Source: Chitinophagaceae bacterium
Lineage (GTDB): Bacteria > Bacteroidota > Bacteroidia > Chitinophagales > Chitinophagaceae
Assembly (NCBI GenBank): GCA_947380435.1
Contig: CANCRC010000001.1
Location: 1 to 57,594, forward strand
DNA: 57,594 nucleotides
Direction of reading: 5' to 3'
Shown: positions 19,338-29,171 of the stretch, piece after piece
Layout: every line of letters begins with the position of its first letter
Numbering within the stretch: the first letter of the stretch is position 1
The notes under the pieces: generated by a model
What the model saw: only the letters and a program-made list of their open reading frames with translations
What the model was told of the DNA's origin: nothing
Database searches by the model: none
Program-made: the position numbers and the translations under genes

Positions 19338-20177
19338 ATGCACCAAGTTTTGAAACCTATTTATTGCTTTGCCCAAAATGAAATTTGTTTATTAGAAAAT
19401 GCAGGGGTACCTGTGGGCGATTTATTGGTTCAAAGAGGCTATGGTATTTTTGATTATTTAAGAGTAGCGAATAACAAACCACTTTTTATAGAATCGCATT
19501 TAGATCGTTTATTTAATTCTGCAGAGATCATGCGCTTATCTATTGCCTTATCTAAAGAGGCATTAAAAAAAATTGTAGCGGACTTAATTGAAAAAAATAA
19601 TATTCCTTTTTCTGGTATTCGATTAATTATTGCGGGTGGCGATGCGCCTGATGGCTATACTATCACTAAGCCTCATTTAATTATTATTCAACAACCATTG
19701 GACGCACCTCCTACTCAAATTTCTACTAAAGGCATTGCATTAGCCAGTCATTTTTATCAAAGACAATTAGCAGAAGTAAAAACAACCGACTACTTAATGG
19801 CCATTCATTTACAACTTTGGATGAAAAGTCAAGGGGCGGATGATATTTTATATTATACAAATGATAGTATTAGCGAATGTCCTAGGTCTAATATTTTTAT
19901 GGTTACGCAGGACAATATTATTGTAACACCTGCTCGTAATATGTTAAAAGGGATTACTCGAAAAAATATTATTGCAGTAGCTGAGGCCCATCATTTAAAA
20001 CTAGAACAACGAGATATTAGTCTATCGGAAATGAAAAAAGCCAAGGAGGTTTTTATCACTAGTTCGACCAAAAGAATCATCCCCGTTCACCGCCTAGATG
20101 ACCAAAATTTTAGCCTAGAAGGGGCTAATTCCATGAGCGCCCAAATTTTCAACCATTTATTGGCCTTAGAAAACTAA
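19338..20177 (+). CDS. Class IV PLP aminotransferase (D-amino acid AT/BCAT/PabC family)
   Basis: RGYGIFD, HLDRL, EVKTTDY (PLP lysine), ECPRSNIF, LKGITR and EVFITSS motifs. Confidence 0.88.
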   Translation: MHQVLKPIYCFAQNEICLLENAGVPVGDLLVQRGYGIFDYLRVANNKPLFIESHLDRLFNSAEIMRLSIALSKEALKKIVADLIEKNNIPFSGIRLIIAGGDAPDGYTITKPHLIIIQQPLDAPPTQISTKGIALASHFYQRQLAEVKTTDYLMAIHLQLWMKSQGADDILYYTNDSISECPRSNIFMVTQDNIIVTPARNMLKGITRKNIIAVAEAHHLKLEQRDISLSEMKKAKEVFITSSTKRIIPVHRLDDQNFSLEGANSMSAQIFNHLLALEN

Positions 20178-20448
20178 AAAATACCCCTTATTTTTTAGTT
20201 TATTTACAAGATTTTGCGATTTTGAAAATTAAGCTGATTTTTTACTTAATAATTTGATAATCATTGTATTATATCAATTTAACTGATTATACCAGTTGAT
20301 TTATAAATTTCTTATATTATTGATTTTCAATTATTTATATAGTACATACTATTTTTATAATTTACCTACCCCAGGAGCAGCAAAAAACAGATCATTTTTC
20401 GTTAACGGAATGTTAATGAGAACTGTTCGTAATTCACAAGTTTTAGTT

Positions 20449-20456
20449 TAATTTTG
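20449..20456 (+). promoter_or_regulatory. -7 promoter element of the TonB-dependent receptor gene
   Basis: TAATTTTG (exact), about 27 nt before ATG 20484. Confidence 0.55.
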
Positions 20457-20483
20457 CCTCCATAAACAATAATCCCTTACAAA

Positions 20484-23400
20484 ATGAAAAGTGTTTTAAA
20501 ACAAGCGTTATCCTTGATGTTAGTAATTTTAATATCAATTATTAAAGTAAACGCACAAGAGACTACAGCCGAAATACAAGGTACAGTTACAAATGGTGCT
20601 GCTGGATTAGCTGGCGTATCAATTACAGCAACTCACCAACCCACAGGAACTAAGTACGTAACTACTAGTCGTAACGATGGTAGATACAACTTGACCAACT
20701 TAAAAATTGGTGGTCCTTACTTAATTGAAGTTTCTTATGTAGGCTTCAAAAAAGACAAGCAAGACGATGTTACCTTATTATTAGGACAATCTTATAAAGC
20801 AAACTTTAAACTAGTAGAAGCCTCTAATACTTTACAAGAAGTAGTAGTAAAATCTTCTAGCCAAGATAAAATTTTCAACAACGCAAGAACAGGTTCTCAA
20901 GAAACCTTTAATAGAAATCAAATCACAAGTTTGCCAACTATTTCTCGTTCTTACAAAGACATCATTAAATTAACTCCTACCTACAACGGTATGTCTTTTG
21001 GTGGTCAAAGTTCTCAATTGAATAATATCACTGTAGATGGTGCGAACTTTAATAACTCTTTTGGATTAGCGGGTGATATCGGTGGTCAAACTGGTGCACA
21101 AGCGGTTTCATTAGATGCGATTGAGCAAATTCAAGTAAACACTTCTCCATTTGATGTACGTCAAGGTGGTTTCGTAGGTGGTAATGTGAACTCTGTTTCT
21201 CGTTCTGGTGCGAACACTGCAACTGGATCAGTTTATCAATATATGAAGAGTAAAGATTGGCAAGGATATGATGTAAATGCTGCGCCTTATACAATCACTG
21301 TTCCAAAGCAAGATTTCAATTATGATTTAAAAGGCTTCACAGTAGGTGGTGCTTTAATTAAAAATAAATTGTTCTACTTTATCAATGGTGAGCAAGAAGA
21401 AAAGTCTTTCCCTGCAACAACTTGGACAGCTTCTACTTCTTCTTCTCCTGCTAACGGTACTACTATTTCTGCTGCTAACGCTGCCGACTTAGATGCTTTA
21501 GCTGCTTTCTTAAAATCAAAGTACAATTACGATCCAGGTGCTTACCAAAATTATTCTTATGCTGCTAAATCTAAACGTTTAACTGCTAAGATTGATTGGA
21601 ACATTGACGAGAACAATACTTTTACTTTAAAGTATAGCTATTTAAAATCTTCTAGTGATCAACCTCCTTCTAATAGTGGTTCAGTAGGCTCTAGAGCTGC
21701 TGGTGCAACAGCCTTACCTTTCTATGGTGCAGGTTATCAAATCAACAATAACGCCAATGTGTTTATTGCTGAGTTGAATACAAAGCTCTCTAACAGAATG
21801 AGTAATAAATTACAAGTAGGATATACTGCATTAAGAGATTACAGAAATGCATTATCTGAAAAAGAATTTCCAATGGTGGATATCTTAGATGGTACAGGTA
21901 CTATTTCAAGTAGTAAGCCTTTCACTTCTTTTGGATATGAGTTATATACTTATGGTAATAAATTAAATACAGATGTATTCCAATTCAACGATATCTTATC
22001 TCTATATGCAGGTAACCACGAGATTACAGTTGGAACACAATCTTCTTATAAAAAATATTTAAACGGTTTCTCTCCTAACTATTCTGGAACATACCGTTTT
22101 AATAGTTTAGCCGATTTCTATGCAGCAGCAGCTGGAACAAAACCTGCTGGTAGATATGATTTATCTTATACATTAGGCGGCGGATCTTTCCCATTAGTAG
22201 GTCCTAAGGATTTTGAAGCTGGTTTCTTCATTCAAGATAAATACAGAGCTACAGATAAGTTAACTATTACTTATGGTGTAAGAGCTGACTATACAAATTT
22301 CTACAACACTTTCTTGTATAACCCAGTAGTAGATACATTAACACATTTCTATCAAGGAACGCATGCGAATACAGGTTCTCAACCAAGTACAGCTATTCAA
22401 GTTTCTCCAAGAATTGGATTTAACTATGATGTATATGGTGACCAAACTTTACAAATTCGTGGTGGTGCTGGTTTATTCCAAGGCGCTCCTCCTTTTGTAT
22501 GGCTTTCTAACCAAGCTTCTAACTCAGGTATGGCATTATTTGGAAGTATTTCTAACGGAACTACTTACAATTTCTCACCAGATATCAATGCTAATCGTCC
22601 TCAAGCAACTGCAGGTTTATCTAGTTCTTATTCAATTAACGTAACCGATCCTAACTATAAATTCCCTCAAGTATTTAAATCTACTTTAGCGGCTGATAAA
22701 AAATTAGGCAATGGTTGGACAGTAACTGCAGAAGGAACTTATACTAAGCAATTACATGCTTCAGTATTCGAAAATATTGCACTGCCTTCTACTGGTTTAG
22801 TACGTTTAACAGATGGTCGTTGGAGATTCCCTTATACAACTTCTTATCCTTATGGTGGATCTCAAATGGTTTCTGGTAGTAAGGTAACAGCAAGTGCTGC
22901 TAACCCATCAATTGGTAATGCTATTTACATGACCAACTCAAATGCTGGTTATGCTGCAACTGGAACTTTACAAATTCAAAAAGTAACTAAAAACTTTATC
23001 GCTACTGCAGCGTATACAAGACAAGTTGCTTATGATGCAGCGGTGACTGGTTCTACTGCAGCCACTATGTGGGGTTCAAAAACAACACATGACAATCCTA
23101 ATGAATTTGTTGCTGGTTTATCTAATAACTATTTACCACACAGAATTATTGCGAGCATGGTTTATAAGAAAGAATTTTCTAAAAACTTATTATCTTCTAT
23201 TGGTTTAGTATATGAAGGCGCTCCTAACTACGCTACTTCTTATTATGTAAGTGGTGACGTTAACGGAGATGGTATTACTTATAACGACTTAATGTTTATT
23301 CCTAAAGATCCTTCACAAATTAAATTAGCTAACTCTAATACAGTTACTATTAATGGTGTTGCTTATCCTGATCAAAGAGATCAAACTACCTTATGGAATC

Positions 23401-23801
23401 AATTAAATACTTTTATTTCTAACAACCCTTATTTATCTAAACATAGAGGTGAATTTGCTGAAAGAAATGCTTACGTATTACCTTGGACCCATAAATTAGA
23501 TTTAAACTTTACGCAAGACATTAGATTTACTGCTGGTAAAAACAAGCACACGATTCGTTTAACTGCTGATATTTACAACTTAACAAACTTGTTAAATAAA
23601 GATTGGGGCGTGTTCTATGTACCAACAACAACTTCACCTTTATCATTTAGCAAAATCGATACTGATGGAAAAACACCAATTTATCTTTTCCCTTTCTTAG
23701 ATCAAACTAAGCAAGCGCCTCAAACAAGAGCTTATACGCCATCTTCAAGTATTGGTTCTCGTTGGCAGTTACAAATTGGAGTTAGATACTTATTTAACTA
23801 A
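20484..23801 (+). CDS. Oar-like TonB-dependent outer-membrane receptor with N-terminal carboxypeptidase-regulatory-like domain
   Basis: Signal peptide, GGPY..VSYVGF, NNITVDGANFNNSFGL, SPFDVRQGGF, SPRIGFNYDV and C-terminal QIGVRYLFN; no SusD partner downstream. Confidence 0.92.
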   Translation: MKSVLKQALSLMLVILISIIKVNAQETTAEIQGTVTNGAAGLAGVSITATHQPTGTKYVTTSRNDGRYNLTNLKIGGPYLIEVSYVGFKKDKQDDVTLLLGQSYKANFKLVEASNTLQEVVVKSSSQDKIFNNARTGSQETFNRNQITSLPTISRSYKDIIKLTPTYNGMSFGGQSSQLNNITVDGANFNNSFGLAGDIGGQTGAQAVSLDAIEQIQVNTSPFDVRQGGFVGGNVNSVSRSGANTATGSVYQYMKSKDWQGYDVNAAPYTITVPKQDFNYDLKGFTVGGALIKNKLFYFINGEQEEKSFPATTWTASTSSSPANGTTISAANAADLDALAAFLKSKYNYDPGAYQNYSYAAKSKRLTAKIDWNIDENNTFTLKYSYLKSSSDQPPSNSGSVGSRAAGATALPFYGAGYQINNNANVFIAELNTKLSNRMSNKLQVGYTALRDYRNALSEKEFPMVDILDGTGTISSSKPFTSFGYELYTYGNKLNTDVFQFNDILSLYAGNHEITVGTQSSYKKYLNGFSPNYSGTYRFNSLADFYAAAAGTKPAGRYDLSYTLGGGSFPLVGPKDFEAGFFIQDKYRATDKLTITYGVRADYTNFYNTFLYNPVVDTLTHFYQGTHANTGSQPSTAIQVSPRIGFNYDVYGDQTLQIRGGAGLFQGAPPFVWLSNQASNSGMALFGSISNGTTYNFSPDINANRPQATAGLSSSYSINVTDPNYKFPQVFKSTLAADKKLGNGWTVTAEGTYTKQLHASVFENIALPSTGLVRLTDGRWRFPYTTSYPYGGSQMVSGSKVTASAANPSIGNAIYMTNSNAGYAATGTLQIQKVTKNFIATAAYTRQVAYDAAVTGSTAATMWGSKTTHDNPNEFVAGLSNNYLPHRIIASMVYKKEFSKNLLSSIGLVYEGAPNYATSYYVSGDVNGDGITYNDLMFIPKDPSQIKLANSNTVTINGVAYPDQRDQTTLWNQLNTFISNNPYLSKHRGEFAERNAYVLPWTHKLDLNFTQDIRFTAGKNKHTIRLTADIYNLTNLLNKDWGVFYVPTTTSPLSFSKIDTDGKTPIYLFPFLDQTKQAPQTRAYTPSSSIGSRWQLQIGVRYLFN

Positions 23802-23834
23802 TCAGTTTAATAATTTCTTTAGCTAGTAATAGCT

Positions 23835-23873
23835 ATAAAAAAACCCTCCCGATTTTCGGGAGGGTTTTTTTAT
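23835..23873. terminator. Bidirectional intrinsic terminator
   Basis: ataaaaaaaccctcccga-ttt-tcgggagggtttttttat perfect hairpin; a second 11-bp stem follows at 23877-23907. Confidence 0.9.
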
Positions 23874-23908
23874 TATATAGTAGGCTTTAAAAAAATAAGC
23901 CTACTATT

Positions 23909-26128
23909 TTATCTCTTCTTTTTCTTAGCTTTTTTATCTTCTTCTAAAACCTTTACACGCATATTTTTAAATCTAAGTACATCGCCATGGCCTAGAAAAC
24001 CAAGATGACCAGTGGTTCTCAATAAACCTGGATGCTCTCTGTGGTCAACGGTTCCGTTCTTAGAAGCTTCTGCATAATCACCCTCTGTAATGACTGTACC
24101 ATTTAAGGTTACTTTAATCTGCGTTCCTTTTACCATAATTTCTTCCTGATTCCACTCCCCAGTAGGCTTTAAAAAACCTCTTTTCGCAGGAATCACACCA
24201 TATAAAGAGCCGTGGGCTTGATAGGGCTGTATGGGTGGGTTTTTATATTTTTCATCTTCAGTATCTAAAACTTGTATTTCCATACCCACATAGGCAGCAT
24301 CTCCTTCTAAGGGAGCATGCACGCCAATACCATTATTTGCACCTGGTGTTAATTGAAACTCGAATCTATAAATAAAATTAGCGTACTCTTCCTTTGTATA
24401 TAAATTACCTCCGCTTCCTTTATCAGGGTTCACTACTACTGCTCCTTCTTCTACTAAATAACCTGCAGTATTACCTGTCCAGCTATCTAAATTAGTACCA
24501 TCAAATAAAGAAACAAAACCATCATTTTTTTCTTCTTCAGATAAACTTATTTTTTCGTCAGAAGGAATTTCTCTTATATAAATATTACGATAAGCTACAT
24601 AAGTACCATGGGCTTGTAATTCAATTTGCTCTTTAGGAAAAATAGGTGATTTGCGATCCCAAAAATTTTCTAAAGTTATATTATCTGTAACCAGTACTCC
24701 ATTCAAATAAACGGTTACTTGCGCGCCCTTCATGATAATATGAAAATTATTCCAGTCCCCAATTTTGTTATCGGCCACTACCAAGGGTTTGCTCTGATTT
24801 TTTATATTGTTGTATAATCCACCTGAACCTACTTGGGCACCTACTTCTCTTCTACTGGTGTCCCAAATTTGTACCTGTGGGCTACCTCTTAAATATATAC
24901 CCGCATCACCTTTCTCTGTAATTTTCCAATCTACATACATTTCAAAATCGGCATATTTTTTTTCTGTCGCTAAATTATCACCGTGACCTGTAAATACTAA
25001 AAGACCATCTTTCGCGATCCAATCATTTTTCATTTTCTCATTGGCTTTTTGTTCTGCTGCTTTCAATGCAGAGTCGCTCATCTTAGCCCTAGCAATAGGG
25101 TTCATTACTAAGCCTTTCCATCCTGTTAAATCTTTGCCATTGAATAAATTGATAAACCCATTGTCATAAGGCAAGTTTATTAAATGTTGTTTAAGTTTAG
25201 ATACTAATAAGGGACTATCCACTCCCACTATATCCGACATCTTCGCCGATGCGCCTAGACCATGTGCAGGATAATTCACTCCATGTATAAGCCCTATTGC
25301 CTTTTCTAAGCTAGCTCTTACTTCTGGTCCTCTTATATTTTTATCGCTCAAGGCTAAGCGTGCTAGAATTAGAGCAGCTTCTTTATTAATAGTTTCATCC
25401 TCTAATGATTTACTCACCAACATAAAACTTGCAAAACCTGGAATAAAGGAGGCCTCATAGAGTATATTTCTTTTTTCCAATCGGGTACTTGCTTTTTCCA
25501 TTCTATCTTGTAAATCCAATAATTTTTGTGCGTTGGTTTTTGCAACTTGTTTTTCAGTGCTAGCTATTTTTATTGCTGGTAATTTAAAATTGAAATTATC
25601 TAAAGCTGCTTGTATATGTTTTGCATTTTCTCCAGATGCTGTTTTTAAAGCCTTTGTTAAGGCTTGCTTTGAAGCGGCACTGTGAATACTCGCTAAAGCC
25701 CTTGCTGCATTGCCCCCAAAGCTTTCATTTTTTAATAAACTGCTTAATAATTTTACTGCTGCATCATCGCCTAATAAGGCTAGTTGTTTAATTATAAATT
25801 CACGCGCATAAAAAGTTTTAGCAGATCCATACACGGCAGCTAAATTTTCAGCAAGCTGTTGTTTTAGCGCAGCATTTAAACTGGCATCATTTACATAAGC
25901 ATTTAAAGCATAAGTAGGTTTTAGCTTTAAAGAATCGTTATCTAATAAATGCACTAATTCTTTCCATTGTCCATTCCCCCAAGTGTGCATAGAAGTGATA
26001 GCAGATTGAGCTTCAGCAGCGTGTTGGTAAGGAAAGCTATTGATTGTATTTTTTACAGATCCTACTTGTGCTAGAAGTTGAGTTGCAAATATCAAGAAGA
26101 TAAGTAAATAAGAAATTTTATTTTTCAT
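23909..26128 (-). CDS. HEAT-repeat plus tandem DUF1080 (3-keto-glycoside hydrolase/hydratase-like) secreted protein
   Basis: N-terminal helical HEAT-like repeats; two LF(N/D)GxxLxxW...GIxL..(P/E)QV..W...(Q/G)HG..(Y/F)RN-type DUF1080 domains; signal peptide. Confidence 0.88.
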   Translation of the reverse strand: MKNKISYLLIFLIFATQLLAQVGSVKNTINSFPYQHAAEAQSAITSMHTWGNGQWKELVHLLDNDSLKLKPTYALNAYVNDASLNAALKQQLAENLAAVYGSAKTFYAREFIIKQLALLGDDAAVKLLSSLLKNESFGGNAARALASIHSAASKQALTKALKTASGENAKHIQAALDNFNFKLPAIKIASTEKQVAKTNAQKLLDLQDRMEKASTRLEKRNILYEASFIPGFASFMLVSKSLEDETINKEAALILARLALSDKNIRGPEVRASLEKAIGLIHGVNYPAHGLGASAKMSDIVGVDSPLLVSKLKQHLINLPYDNGFINLFNGKDLTGWKGLVMNPIARAKMSDSALKAAEQKANEKMKNDWIAKDGLLVFTGHGDNLATEKKYADFEMYVDWKITEKGDAGIYLRGSPQVQIWDTSRREVGAQVGSGGLYNNIKNQSKPLVVADNKIGDWNNFHIIMKGAQVTVYLNGVLVTDNITLENFWDRKSPIFPKEQIELQAHGTYVAYRNIYIREIPSDEKISLSEEEKNDGFVSLFDGTNLDSWTGNTAGYLVEEGAVVVNPDKGSGGNLYTKEEYANFIYRFEFQLTPGANNGIGVHAPLEGDAAYVGMEIQVLDTEDEKYKNPPIQPYQAHGSLYGVIPAKRGFLKPTGEWNQEEIMVKGTQIKVTLNGTVITEGDYAEASKNGTVDHREHPGLLRTTGHLGFLGHGDVLRFKNMRVKVLEEDKKAKKKKR
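25220..25282. repeat. 6-bp direct repeat (CACTCC) flanking a 51-bp GC-rich segment (57-bp in-frame unit)
   Basis: CACTCC at 25220-25225 and 25277-25282; the 51 nt between contain 25 G+C; imperfect terminal inverted repeat tatcc-g-acat / atgt-gca-ggata. Confidence 0.55.
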
Positions 26129-26151
26129 TGTACAAAATTTTTTTTAAATGA

Positions 26152-27420
26152 TTAAATGGTCCAAGGAGAACGCATTGCTGGGTTAATTAATCGGTTAGCC
26201 TCCTCGTCATTAATAAATTCTTGGGTAACCGGATTAAACTTTAAATTTCTTCCTAATTGTAATGCCATTTTCCCCATATTAATAATAGTACAAGATCTAA
26301 AACCATTAGATTCATTGAGTGCAAAAGGTGTTCTCTCTCTTACCGATTCTAAAAAATTAGTCACCTGTGGTGCAGGGTCTGGCATCATGGCTAATTTTTC
26401 TGTTAAATTTGGAATGTCCGATTTAAAGCCTGCAAAAAGTTTTCCTTTAGGCCCTTCAATATAGGCTGCACCTGGATCTTTGTCTTCTCCATCTAAAATA
26501 ATCTTACATCCATCTTCATAAGTGAAAGTTAATTTTCTAAAAGTTCCGCAAGCATCAGGATGTTGTTGTTCTGCATCTACTTCAACAGAAATAGGACTAG
26601 TTTCATCTTTGCCTAGAAAATATTGAATAGGATCGATATAATGTTGTCCCATATCCCCTAAACCACCACCATCATAATCCCAATAGCCTCTAAATGTTTG
26701 GTGTACTCTATGTGCATTATAAGGTTTAAAGGGTGCAGGGCCCAACCATCTTTCATAATCTAATTCTTCAGGTACGGGTTGTGCTTCTAGTTTTGTTTTT
26801 CCAACCCAATAAAATTTCCAATCAAAACCAGTGGTTTTGCTTACTGTCACCGTTAATGGCCAACCTAATAAACCAGATTCCACTAATTTTTTTATGGGCT
26901 TCACGGTTGAATTCATACCATAAAAATTATCTTCAAAACGGAACCAAGTATTTAAACGAAACATACGCTTATACTGCTGAACGGCTTCTACCACTCGTTT
27001 TCCTTCGCCGATAGTTCTAGTCATTGGTTTTTCACACCAAATATCTTTACCCGCTTTAGCTGCTTCAATGGCCATAATACCATGCCAATGAGGAGGTGTA
27101 GCAATATGTACTATATCCACTTCGGGTAGTGCAATTAATTCTCTATGGTCATGAAAAGTTTTTACATTTCCTCCCACTAGTTCTGCTGCAGATTGTAAAT
27201 GTTTTTTATCTACATCACAAATGGCTACTACTCGAGTGCCCGCATAGGGAATATGCCCTCTACCCATACCACCTAAACCAATGATACCCTTAGTGAGTTG
27301 ATCACTAGGCGCTAAAAAGCCTCTACCTAAAACCTGTCTTGGAACAATTGAAAAACCTGCTACTACAGCGGCTGAGTTTTTTAAAAATCGACGACGGCTA
27401 TTTTTTTCCGGTGTTTTCAT
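26152..27420 (-). CDS. Tat-exported Gfo/Idh/MocA oxidoreductase
   Basis: SRRRFLK twin-arginine signal, IGLGGMG, IATPPHWH, CEKP and GDMGQH motifs. Confidence 0.92.
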   Translation of the reverse strand: MKTPEKNSRRRFLKNSAAVVAGFSIVPRQVLGRGFLAPSDQLTKGIIGLGGMGRGHIPYAGTRVVAICDVDKKHLQSAAELVGGNVKTFHDHRELIALPEVDIVHIATPPHWHGIMAIEAAKAGKDIWCEKPMTRTIGEGKRVVEAVQQYKRMFRLNTWFRFEDNFYGMNSTVKPIKKLVESGLLGWPLTVTVSKTTGFDWKFYWVGKTKLEAQPVPEELDYERWLGPAPFKPYNAHRVHQTFRGYWDYDGGGLGDMGQHYIDPIQYFLGKDETSPISVEVDAEQQHPDACGTFRKLTFTYEDGCKIILDGEDKDPGAAYIEGPKGKLFAGFKSDIPNLTEKLAMMPDPAPQVTNFLESVRERTPFALNESNGFRSCTIINMGKMALQLGRNLKFNPVTQEFINDEEANRLINPAMRSPWTI

Positions 27421-27543
27421 ATTTTGTTATTAAAGTAAAAAATAATTTTATGGTTATTATAGGTCTAAGAAAAATAAAAAATGATATAACTCAGTTTTCT
27501 ATGAATGCTTAGTTTTCCTTAGCTAAATTTATTCTTTTTTGCT

Positions 27544-27551
27544 TAAATTTG
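27544..27551 (+). promoter_or_regulatory. -7 promoter element
   Basis: TAAATTTG (exact), about 30 nt upstream of ATG 27582. Confidence 0.5.
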
Positions 27552-27581
27552 GTACAATCCAATTACATTAAAATTGCTTTT

Positions 27582-28286
27582 ATGAATGATACCCATTTAC
27601 ACCTTGAAGAACATTTAAAAAGCAGCGATATGCTTACCGATATTGTTATTGGAATGAGCGACGGACTAACCGTTCCTTTTGCCTTAGCCGCTGGCTTGAG
27701 TGGGGCAGTAAACGGAAATGTGAACCTTATATGGATAGCAGGTATAGCCGAGATTGCAGCAGGCTCTATTGCCATGGGCCTAGGGGGTTTTTTAGCAGGT
27801 AAAACCGAGCAAGACCATTATGCTAGCGAATTAAAAAATGAATATTGGGAATTAAAACATAAAAGAGAGGTGGAGATAGAAGAAGTTCGTAAAGTTTTTT
27901 TAGAATGGGGCTTAAGTGCTAGCACAGCCGAGGAAGCTACTCAAGAAATTATTAAAGATGATAAGCGTTGGGTAGAATTTATGATGAAACATGAGTTAGG
28001 CTTAGAAGAGCCCGATCCTAAAAGAGCTAGAAAAAGTGCTTTTAATATTGGTACCAGTTATATTGCAGGTGGTTTAGTCCCTTTAACACCTTATTTTTTT
28101 GTAACAGATGCCATTGAGGGTTTAAAAATTTCAGCAGCCATTACATTAATTTGCTTATATATTTTTGGTTTCTTTAAGAGTAAAATGACTGGAGTGAATC
28201 CTTGGTGGGGTGGCGTAAAAGTAATGATGACGGGGGCTATAGCTGCGGCTGCTGCCTTTAGCATTGCTAAATTAATTCAAGGATAA
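27582..28286 (+). CDS. VIT1/CCC1 family Fe/Mn transporter
   Basis: DIVIGMSDGLTVPFAL, EIAAGSIAMGLGG, Glu-rich loop, FMMKHELG; start moved from the TTG at 27549 to the ATG at 27582. Confidence 0.92.
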   Translation: MNDTHLHLEEHLKSSDMLTDIVIGMSDGLTVPFALAAGLSGAVNGNVNLIWIAGIAEIAAGSIAMGLGGFLAGKTEQDHYASELKNEYWELKHKREVEIEEVRKVFLEWGLSASTAEEATQEIIKDDKRWVEFMMKHELGLEEPDPKRARKSAFNIGTSYIAGGLVPLTPYFFVTDAIEGLKISAAITLICLYIFGFFKSKMTGVNPWWGGVKVMMTGAIAAAAAFSIAKLIQG

Positions 28287-28346
28287 ACAGCACTAATCTT
28301 AAGCTAGGGTATACTCATTTTAAAAAATACCTAAAAAAAAATAAAA

Positions 28347-29108
28347 TTATTTTGCTGTCCCTAAGCTATTATAATAATTTAGCAGTGCAATAATATCTTC
28401 CTCGGACTTTAATTTATTTTTTGAATTTTTTATCCAAGGCTCCACGGCTGCATTAAATGGGATCACAGATAAAACACTATTTCTATCTAATGCTTTTAAT
28501 GGAATGGTTTTTCCATTATTATAAATGCCATAATAAGATTTTGTAAAAAAGCTGGTTGCATTTTTTCCCGTTAAAGGATCAAAGGGACTCACTTTCACTA
28601 AATTCTTTTGTAATAATATTAATTGGTAAGCTCCATCATTAAATACCCTGAAAAATCCTGCAGGTTTATTGTCAATATAATCGGGTAGTACTGCAAAGGC
28701 TGCTAATACTTTATTTGCATCTTTCGGATTCAAAAAAACAATTTTATCAATCAAACTTGTTTCCGCCACTAATTCACCTTCTTTCTCATTTTCATAATGT
28801 ACTTCAGTAGTATATAAATTTAATTTAGCCTTAGGTAATTTATATATAGCGCCCGATTTAAAATATAATATGGCACTATTCCAATGTTCATCCCAGAAAG
28901 GAGTTCCTTCTACATCTTCATATGTTAAACCTTTCGCTTTTTTATCTCCAATAGCGGAACTGTTAGTAATCATTATCATTCCGGGGTTAGGTCCCTTGCT
29001 TGCTTCATTAATGTCTATAGTAAGGGTTTGGGCTTTTAGGTGTATAGTACTAATAAATACAACTACTGCCATTAATAAGATGCGAAGTATAGCTATTTTC
29101 TTTTTCAT
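28347..29108 (-). CDS. Secreted hypothetical protein
   Basis: Signal peptide ending LKA-Q; 'DVEGTPF' and C-terminal 'KLKSEEDIIALLNYYN' resemble a widespread Bacteroidota uncharacterized family. Confidence 0.75.
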   Translation of the reverse strand: MKKKIAILRILLMAVVVFISTIHLKAQTLTIDINEASKGPNPGMIMITNSSAIGDKKAKGLTYEDVEGTPFWDEHWNSAILYFKSGAIYKLPKAKLNLYTTEVHYENEKEGELVAETSLIDKIVFLNPKDANKVLAAFAVLPDYIDNKPAGFFRVFNDGAYQLILLQKNLVKVSPFDPLTGKNATSFFTKSYYGIYNNGKTIPLKALDRNSVLSVIPFNAAVEPWIKNSKNKLKSEEDIIALLNYYNSLGTAK

Positions 29109-29171
29109 ATATATTTTTTATGTTACTAATTAGTCCTATTTAATAACTAGATAAAATTACTTTGTAAAATT

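Noticed and set aside
20250-20268. Fur box upstream of the TonB receptor
   Set aside because: Only 13/19 match to the E. coli consensus in very AT-rich DNA, and equally explained by the IHF-like or palindromic motif.
20484-23801. SusC of a polysaccharide utilisation locus
   Set aside because: Oar-type motifs rather than SusC motifs, and it is followed by a terminator with no SusD.
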